In this document: piece by piece, positions 55,445 through 64,000 of the stretch
Numbering within the stretch: position 1 is the first letter of the stretch
Layout of the letters: each line of letters starts with the position of its first letter
Assembly: GCF_026210795.1 (NCBI RefSeq)
Contig: NC_089431.1
Coordinates: 4,898,001-4,962,000 of the forward strand
DNA length: 64,000 bases
Source: Rhizophagus irregularis
Lineage: Eukaryota
Direction: 5' to 3'
The notes under the pieces: generated by a model
Seen by the model: the letters and a program-made list of their open reading frames with translations, nothing else
What the model was told of the DNA's origin: nothing
The model's database searches: none
Program-made: the position numbers and the translations under genes

Positions 55445-56134
55445 TGTAAGGTACATTTTGTTACGAACATCTTCATAAATTTGAAAAGATTATTCCTTCT
55501 TTAGATTCCAAAAAATATTACTGGATTAAATCACCAAATTTTTTTTTTTCAGACTTTTATTAAAAATCAAATTTTGAAAATCATTAATCATATTTGGTTT
55601 CATTTAAAGATTCTTCTCAAAATATAAAACATCTCTGTTTATTAAATTCTAAATTGTTCGTCCTATAAAGAATCTTTGGATTAAGTATTTCTTACTTTAT
55701 GAAAGAATTCAGTTCACTTTGTATCAATATTTTATTGCTTAATTTTTTATTTTATTCATATATATTTAAAACCATATTTGATTGTTTAATATTGTGTCGG
55801 TTTGTGAAACTTTAATGTTGCACAATGCAAGTCTCATTTATGATAGTTCTAAGAATTCTCAATGGAACGTACAATAAAATCGAAACGTCTTTTAGAAATT
55901 AATTTTAGCCATATTAAGCCATTAAAAAAAAAACAATTTTTTACAATGTAAGATCCATTTTTGTTTCAAACATTGGAAACTTCTATCGGGAATTATACAT
56001 AGAATTTTTAGTTGTAAAAGAATTCATTGTTTTAATAAAAAGACCATTTTTATTACAAAAAGTATATATATATAGAAACCGTTTCTGTTAAATATATTCA
56101 AAAAATAATCAAATAAATTAGTAGATAAATAATT

Positions 56135-57976
56135 ATGAACCAATTAACAAATTATAAATATAAAATTGACTTTTTGATACCAAATGACACATCTTCATTT
56201 CAATCAACGCAAACCATAATTAAATCAAAGTATAAAAAAGAGAAATGTAATGAATGTAATAAAAGAAGGTATCGTTTAGACGAAACTCACCTGGTTTGTC
56301 ACGTTTGTTATAAAACGAAGGAAAAATTTATACCGAGTGGAAACCAAATTGTTGATGATTTCATCAGATATACACAAGTTAATCTTATCAAAAAGGCAGG
56401 AAAAATGGAGTTTGTTCCCTATAATCAATTCAAAAATATAGAATTTATTGCTGAAGGAGGATTTAGCAAAATTTATAAAGCGGATTGGATTAATGATAGT
56501 CCAATTAAACATAAATATCTTTTTGATTCGTATTATAATACAATTGTTCTCAAAAAACTAAATAATTCTAAAAATATCACGTCTAAGGAGCTAAATGAGG
56601 TAACATACAATATTCTAAAATAATATGCTTTAATAAATCGTAGATAATTAATGACATAACCTTTTTTGTTCTAGCTTAAAATATTTTATAATTATTATAC
56701 AAAATGGAAAACTCAGTATGATAATGCCCTTAAAGCTAATAAGATATCTCCCGAAACTTATGTAACTCAGTGTGAGAATTATATTAGTGATTATTTTGGT
56801 ATTACTCAAGACTTAAATACACAGGATTTTATGATTGTTATGCCATATTATAGTAAAGGTGATTTAACACATTATATTAGTAATGATTTTTATAACATTA
56901 AATGGCATAAGAAGCTGAATAATTTAAATAAAATCGCGAATGGACTTATTAATATCCATAATTTAGATATTATTCACAGAGATTTACATAGTGGAAATAT
57001 TTTTTTTCATAGTCCAAAGTTTGGATGTCTATATCCATATATAGGTGATCTGGGAATAAGTAAATCAGCAACTGAATCCACAGATAATAATGAGAATTAT
57101 GGTATAATTCCTTATATGGCACCAGAGATTTTTCAAGGACAAAAATATACTAAAGCTTCAGATATATATAGTTTTGGAATGATTATGTGGAAATTGATGA
57201 CAGGTAGAAGACCTTTTTGGGATCGAAATCATGATACAGAGCTTATTATTGATATAAGTGATGGTTTACGACCACCAATTGTCACAAATGCACCCGAAGG
57301 ATTTATTGAATTAATGAAAGAATGCTGGAACTCTAATCCAGATAAAAGACCAACAGCTACTTATATATATAATATAATTGAAGAAATATATCGGAAGGAA
57401 TATGAAAATTTCAAATGTAATAATGAAACTACAATTACAGAATTATCAGATATTGGACCTGTTCCAAAAAATAATCCAGGTGCTATTTATAGAAGTAGAG
57501 CTTTAAGTGATATGATTAATTCTGCAATGTCTTTAAGGAGTTTCAGAAGTCAATCTGTTAACTTAGAAAAAGTTAAACGAAAGTTTGAATATAATAATCA
57601 TGATGATGGTATGATATCAATTAAATTTGCAATTTGTAATAAGAATTTATAATTTATAGTATTTATTAATTAAAATTTATTTAGGTCAAAGTACTAAAAG
57701 AAAAAAATTATTTGAAAATGAAAATAATGGTAATAAATTTTTTTTTTTTGCAATATATCAATTTCATAACTTGATTTAATAAAATTTACGTGTAACTTTT
57801 TTTCTTTAGATTATTTTACAAAAGAAATCGAATTAGATATTGATATAAAATCTTTAGATAATAATGGTAAGTAACTATATATCATACTATAATAATTTTT
57901 AATATTAAATTTTAATATAAAGCTCTTAATTCATTTTACAGAATATCTTACCCAGGAGTATGATTTTGATATCTAA
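56135..57976 (+). CDS. TKL-family protein kinase with an N-terminal Cys cluster, 5 exons (56135-56599, 56675-57608, 57685-57729, 57810-57866, 57942-57976)
   Basis: CNEC..CHVC, IAEGGFSKIY, VLKKL, HRDLHSGN, DLGISK, YMAPE, DIYSFG and CWNSNPDKRP. Three short 3' exons join in frame and end EYDFDI*. Confidence 0.88.
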
Positions 57977-58474
57977 TTTAAAATTATCAAACCGTTTATA
58001 GAAAGTGTATTTTATTTTATTTATCATCAATAATGGAAACACATTATATTATCCGGAATATAGTGAAGGACTTTATCCTATCTACATTCAATCACATGCG
58101 CAGTAATTTAAAACGTTTATGCTGCGCCAACCGCGCGGATCCAAATTTCCATCACTGCCGCTAACGTCACTTTCAACCCATAAATTATGAAATTGCTAAT
58201 TTTTATATGTTTGTTATATCATAATAAAATTAAATAACGGTTTCCGTTTTCCTAGTATAATTTTAAAAAATTTGTTCATTTTATACGGTAAAAAGAAAAA
58301 TCAGTTTTATTAAAAACTGAATAATCTTTTTTCTTTGATCCTTAATAGAATAGTCGTTGATTCTAAATTTAAATAATTTGAAAGATTAAAATATATTTAA
58401 AAATATATCGTACATATAAATATAATTTCTATGAACAACAAATAATTGTATGTAACAGTATTAATGTGACATAC

Positions 58475-59130
58475 CAGGTAATTTTTCATCACCTCTTCGT
58501 TAGATAGACGCCAGTTAAAATAACGAAAATTGCTATTTTAATAAAAATGACTGCTTAATACAAAAATTTTTAATTTATGAAAATTATTATGAAAAATTAT
58601 ACCCAATTTCTCCATCAACGCAGCCACTTAATATCCAACTTCTCATTGCGGTCCATACACCATTTATGAAGATATCCATTCTCTTTTCAGAATCAGAAAG
58701 TGTGTAAGTTAAATGGTACCATTTGTTTAACAAAAGTCCATCCCCAACTGTATAAATTCCTACATTATCATTCCAGCTACCGTGAAACAGGGACGTAATT
58801 TGGAATTATTTGCATGTAAGAAAAGTCCAGGCGTGCGCACGAGTCTTTCTCTCTCATTACCACCTAAATGTATTTCAAGTGTAGTCAATTTAAACATAAT
58901 TTTAAACATAAAAAAAAATAATCTAATAATTCTCAAGAAACTACCTTTACGAAAATAATAGCCCAACCAGAATAATGACTCTTAAGCTTTATTCGTAGTG
59001 TTACTTACAATTCATCATCCACCTCGGGTAATTCAGCATGTTGCACTGTGATACATTGTTTTTCTTTTAATTTAATAGGCTCCGAGATAATCTCATAGAA
59101 TTCTCTTACAAAAAATTTCTTCATCTTCTT
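58475..59130 (-). pseudogene. Concanavalin A-like lectin/glucanase (LamG-like) domain pseudogene; more upstream exons may extend to ~59420
   Basis: HAELPEVDDEL*VTLRIKLKSHYSGWAIIFVKG, RTPGLFL, a frameshift, then GDGLLLNKWYHLTYTLSDSEKRMDIFING and NFRYFNWRLSNEEV. Contains a stop and an apparent internal deletion. Confidence 0.75.
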
Positions 59131-59987
59131 TGATAGAAAACAAACTAATATTAATTTAATTAATATTTTTCAACTATTAAAATTATAATGTTACAATAAA
59201 ATAATTTTGCATATTGCCTTTCACAATAATGAAGTTGCTCCCGATTGTTCAAGGTATCCGCAACGCCGAATTGCACGTGCAGTTGTTAGATATGACTTTA
59301 ACATAATAATGTAATAAACGAGTTTTTACCTGTTTTGCAAGTCTACTTTGGTAGAAATTCAGCTTACAATAGGATTTCAAACTTCTTTTATAATTTTTTG
59401 AAAATAACAATCGTCATTAGAGACGGAATTACATAATGCTGGTTAAATTATCTATAACGAAAGATCTTTGTATTACTGATGACGTTACTGATGACGTTAA
59501 TGTGTACCTTAAAATTTCACGAGATTTTTCATGTCTGTATAATTAATTAAAAGTTAAATTTTCATTGAATATATAAGACTACTTTTTTTTATATATATAT
59601 TATATTATATATAGACTTATTTTAAATATTTTGAATGGCTATACAGCTATAGAACAAGTGTGTATACATGAATCATAGTAATCACATGATGTGCAGTATA
59701 CTTCCGGTTTTAAATTCCCATACTAGAAAATAATTCTCTTTGGTTACAAAATTTCATCTCTTTTATTTTCTTAAATAATTAGTTATTTCTGTATGAAACT
59801 CACTCTATCGTTGTATTAAAGTTAATGAAATTATGTAATAAATAAATTAAATTAAACAAAAGGTTGTATTCCGCGTATTCCGCGATGATATTTAAAAAAT
59901 AAATACAATTTACTTTCGTTTCTAAATATAATTTTCATTTCATGTTTTGATAAACTTTGGAATTTATAACATTTATTTATTAAATAA

Positions 59988-60435
59988 CTAGGTGTAACCC
60001 GTCGCGCTGCGCCGGGGATAAAACTTGCCCAGAAAAGTAACAATTATATGGCTATATTTTAGAAATAGGCTTAGTATTTTAATAATATTATTTACAGTAT
60101 GATAAAAACAATCTAATAAATTTATATAATTTACATATTTATACTAATAAAAGTGAATTGTGTATGAATGTTATATATAAAATATTACATATGAAATATT
60201 GTTATACATACAAAATGTTATTTTTAAATGTGAAATCTATTTATAGAATGAAATATTTCACAGTATTCAATGTTTCTTGTCTTGCAGTTCTCACCATTAT
60301 CTATAAAAACCTTAACATATAATTGCTCATGTGTAAAGACAGGTTCAGGTAGGTAAACACCAACCCTGCTCAGAGTTTGCCCTTGTGATTTATTAATTGT
60401 TATTGAGAATGCAACACATACTGGAAATTGACATT
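59988..60435 (-). mobile_element. Helitron 3' remnant: PIF1-like helicase C-terminal fragment plus terminal hairpin and CTAG
   Basis: [39 protein letters not shown] at ~60315-60430. The terminus reads CCCGGCGCAGCGCGACGGG-TTACAC-CTAG|T on the reverse strand. Confidence 0.88.
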
Positions 60436-60560
60436 GATTCAAAGTAAAGTCTCATTATTTTTCACCTCATATTACTTCTCATTATTCGTTTCCCATTATT
60501 TTCTATTACATCTTTTCATTTTCCATTATTTCTTTTTTCCTCCTGTTTACTTCCTATCAT

Positions 60561-61080
60561 TTCTTTTTGTCTCTCATCGCTTCTTTTTGTCTCTCATCGC
60601 TTCTTTTTGTCTCTCATCGCTTCTTTTTGTCTCTCATCGCTTCTTTTTGTCTCTCATCGCTTCTTTTTGTCTCTCATCGCTTCTTTTTGTCTCTCATCGC
60701 TTCTTTTTGTCTCTCATCGCTTCTTTTTGTCTCTCATCGCTTCTTTTTGTCTCTCATCGCTTCTTTTTGTCTCTCATCGCTTCTTTTTGTCTCTCATCGC
60801 TTCTTTTTGTCTCTCATCGCTTCTTTTTGTCTCTCATCGCTTCTTTTTGTCTCTCATCGCTTCTTTTTGTCTCTCATCGCTTCTTTTTGTCTCTCATCGC
60901 TTCTTTTTGTCTCTCATCGCTTCTTTTTGTCTCTCATCGCTTCTTTTTGTCTCTCATCGCTTCTTTTTGTCTCTCATCGCTTCTTTTTGTCTCTCATCGC
61001 TTCTTTTTGTCTCTCATCGCTTCTTTTTGTCTCTCATCGCTTCTTTTTGTCTCTCATCGCTTCTTTTTGTCTCTCATCAC
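60561..61080 (+). repeat. 20-bp minisatellite TTCTTTTTGTCTCTCATCGC, 25 perfect copies plus 1 variant, grading into degenerate copies to ~61330
   Basis: Counted directly in the sequence. Confidence 0.97.
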
Positions 61081-62259
61081 TTCTTTTCGTTTCCCATCAC
61101 TCCCATCACTCTTTTTCATCTCTTACCACTCCTCTTTGTCTCCCATCACTCCTTTTCGTCTCTCACCACTCCTTTTTGTCTCCAATCACTCTCTTCGTCT
61201 CCAATCACTCCTTTCGTCTCTCATCACTCCTCTTTATCTTCTCATTACTTCTTTTTGTCTTTCATCACTCTTTTTCATCATCCATCATGTCCTATTTTTC
61301 CTTTTTGTTTCCTATCACTTCTCATTACTTTTTTTTACTCCCTTTCTTCTATTACTTTCCATTACTCCATTGTTATTTCATTTTTTATTAGCATCTTTCT
61401 TCTTGATCATTGTAATTTACTTATCTTTTTTATTTATTGTTATTGTTTTTTTATTTGTATCACTTCATTAAAAATAAATACAGTGATTTTTTCTTTAAAA
61501 TCGAAAATGTGGGACTTAAATTTTAATATTTGCTTCATTAAATAAGATTATTTTGAATAAATATATTTACAAAAATTTTTTCTATATGTTATAATAAAAA
61601 AAAGTATAAGAAAAATTTCAAATCAACTAAAAAAAAAATATATAATCTCGCAAAAATCTGTAAACTTCAATTTAACCAAAAAATAATAATTGTACAAAAA
61701 AATAACAAATGACATAAATATTAGTTGATTAAAAAAGTGAGATTAATACTAATTAGTATTAGTAAAACACCAGTAATAGGGAACTAAAATTATTTTTTTT
61801 ATACTTTAGTAATTAGCATTTGCTGATCAAATCATCTTAACTTTTAAGTATAGATCAGGCGCAGAAATGGGAGTTTTTTTATCATGAATTTGATAATCAT
61901 TTTACAATCACATGAAAAATACTATTATCAATTATTCAAAATTTACAGAATTATAGGATATTAATTTTTACCTAAATAAGTATGTTTATTAAAATAAAAA
62001 TAAAAATAATACCTTGAACGTACACTGCGTTCAAATGCACCCTATCACATGATTTATTGTATTTTAAATTTGATTGGCTGATCAGTGTTATCGTTTATTT
62101 ATTCATCAAATAATCTTATTCATTATTTAATTTTTTGAAATGAAAAGGGTTTTTAAAGTTTTTTTTTTGAAACAGTTAATAAACTGATATAACTATATAA
62201 GTCTTATTGTTTTCTATTACCTTTTTCTGTTGTTAAAATTTATTAATTGTTTCCAGGAG

Positions 62260-63570
62260 TCCATTTCATCTCCAGGTGGTGTTCCTATAAAACCATCAAA
62301 AGAATGTTAGGAAACATTCTTGAACAAAATTAGTAAAAGAAAACAAAAAATCTTTTGTCTCCAAGAGTCTCTGGGAGGTATTCCTATAAAAAAAATTATT
62401 CAAAAAACGTTAGGAAACGTCCTTAAACAAAATTAGCAAAAGAAAATGAAAAACCTTTTGTCTCCAAGAGTCTCTGGGAGGTATTCCTATAAAAAAATTA
62501 TTAAAAGAACATTAGAACATTCTTGAATGAAATTAACAAAAGAAATGAAAAGAAATTTACTTTTCGTCTCCAAAAGTCTCCAGGAGACATTTCTATAAAA
62601 AAAAATCATTGAAAGAATATTGGAAACATTCTTAAACGGAATTAACAAAAGAGACGAAAAAATAAAACTTATCTTTCATCTAGGGGATGTTCCTACAAAA
62701 AAAATTATTGAAAGAATGTTAGGAACGTCCTTGAATGAAATTAACAAAAGAAACTTACTTTTCGTCTCCAAGAGTTACCAGGGCGTTCCTATAAAAAAAA
62801 TTGTTGAAAGAACATTAGAAACATTCTTAAATGGAATTAACAAAAGAGACGAAAAAAGGAAACTTATCTTTCATCTAGGAGATGTTCCTACAAAAAAAAT
62901 TATTGAAAGAATGTTAGGAACGTCCTTGAATGAAATTAACAAAAGAAATAAAAAGAAACTTACTTTTTGTCTCCAAGAGCATTTCTATAAAAAAAAATTG
63001 TTGAAAGAACATTAGAAACATTCTTAAATGGAATTAACAAAAGAGACGAAAAAAGAAAACTTATTTTTCATCTAGGGGACGTTCCTACAAAAAAAATTAT
63101 TGAAAGAATGTTAGGAACGTCCTTGAATGAAATTAACAAAAGAAACAAAAAGAAACTTACTTTTCGCCTCCAATAGTCACCAGGGGCGTTCCTATAAAAA
63201 AAAATTATTCAAAGAATGTTAGGAAATGTTCTTAAATGAAATTAATAAAAGAAACAAAAAAGAAAATTTACCTTTCATCTCCAAGAGTCACCAGGAGGTG
63301 TTCCTATAAAAAAAAATTATTGAAGAATGTTAGGAATGTTCTTAAACGAAATTAACAAATATAAATGAAAAAGAATTTTACCTTTTGTCTTTAAGAGTCT
63401 CCAGGGAGTGTTCCTATAAAAAAAAAATTACGAAAGAATGTTAGGAACGTTGTTCTTGAACGAAATGAATGGGAAAAAAAATCGAAAAAAACACACCTTT
63501 TATTTTTAGGGGTCCATTTTGTCTTCAGGGTATTCCTACAAAAAAAGAGTAATTAAAAAACGTTCCTAAA
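62260..63570 (-). repeat. Tandem array of ~13 units of ~100-120 bp with intron/micro-exon signals on the minus strand
   Basis: TTCCTAYAAAAAAA..GAATGTTAGGAAC..AATTAACAAAAGA recurs from 62281 to 63540. Confidence 0.85.
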
Positions 63571-64000
63571 CAAAGTAAAAATAAAAAATAGATTGATTAT
63601 CACCAATAAAATTTTAAAATCATGTCACGTGAGTGGGTGCAGGTGCATTCAAATTTTAAACCCTTTTATCTATTATTTAAAAAAAAATGGGTCATATTTA
63701 GATTAGTCATTAAAAATTGTTTATTTATCCATATTATTGATTTATTATCTGTTTAAATTTTTGGATCGGTAAATCAATATCATGAATACCGATCATTACC
63801 ATTTATTTATATCATCATTTTATCATTAGTACTATGAATGCCGATCATTTTATTATATAATAAATCATTAAATCGTACTATGATTTGAAATTATCGTAGC
63901 TTTATTATCAAATTACCAAAAAAAAATATTTTAAAAAAGCTATTATAAAATTAAAATTATCTATAATATTATAATTTCGTATGATTTTACAATTTTATTT

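Noticed and set aside
60428..61545. Three long overlapping ORFs (274-347 aa)
   Set aside because: They are artefacts of the stop-free 20-bp minisatellite and give the same repetitive peptide in all frames.
62620..63015. 131-aa ORF with an internal repeat
   Set aside because: It is a translation of the tandem array, starts at a non-ATG codon, and the frame breaks in neighbouring units.

Overview
Very AT-rich eukaryotic DNA with short GT-AG introns. The gene families point to an arbuscular mycorrhizal fungus (Glomeromycotina, Rhizophagus-like); this is inferred, not searched. Apparently intact genes: three tyrosine-kinase-like (TKL) kinases (two with Sel1 repeats), five BTB/POZ-BACK-TLDc genes and one F-box/RNI-like gene. 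Pseudogenes: BTB (two), Crinkler, ConA-like lectin and an F-box-like remnant. From 37.8 to 49.6 kb lies an 11.8-kb ORF-free element with ~1.55-kb terminal inverted repeats (TIRs) and a 6-bp target-site duplication (TSD). It holds three nested TA-flanked elements and a TSD-less insert in its right arm. The window also has a hAT-type MITE and Helitron ends, one with a helicase remnant. The most unusual signal is tandem repeats whose unit is one spliceosomal intron plus a micro-exon, clearest at 31.9-33.1 kb; these may be non-coding intron-array transcripts. All coordinates were read by eye and no database searches were run.
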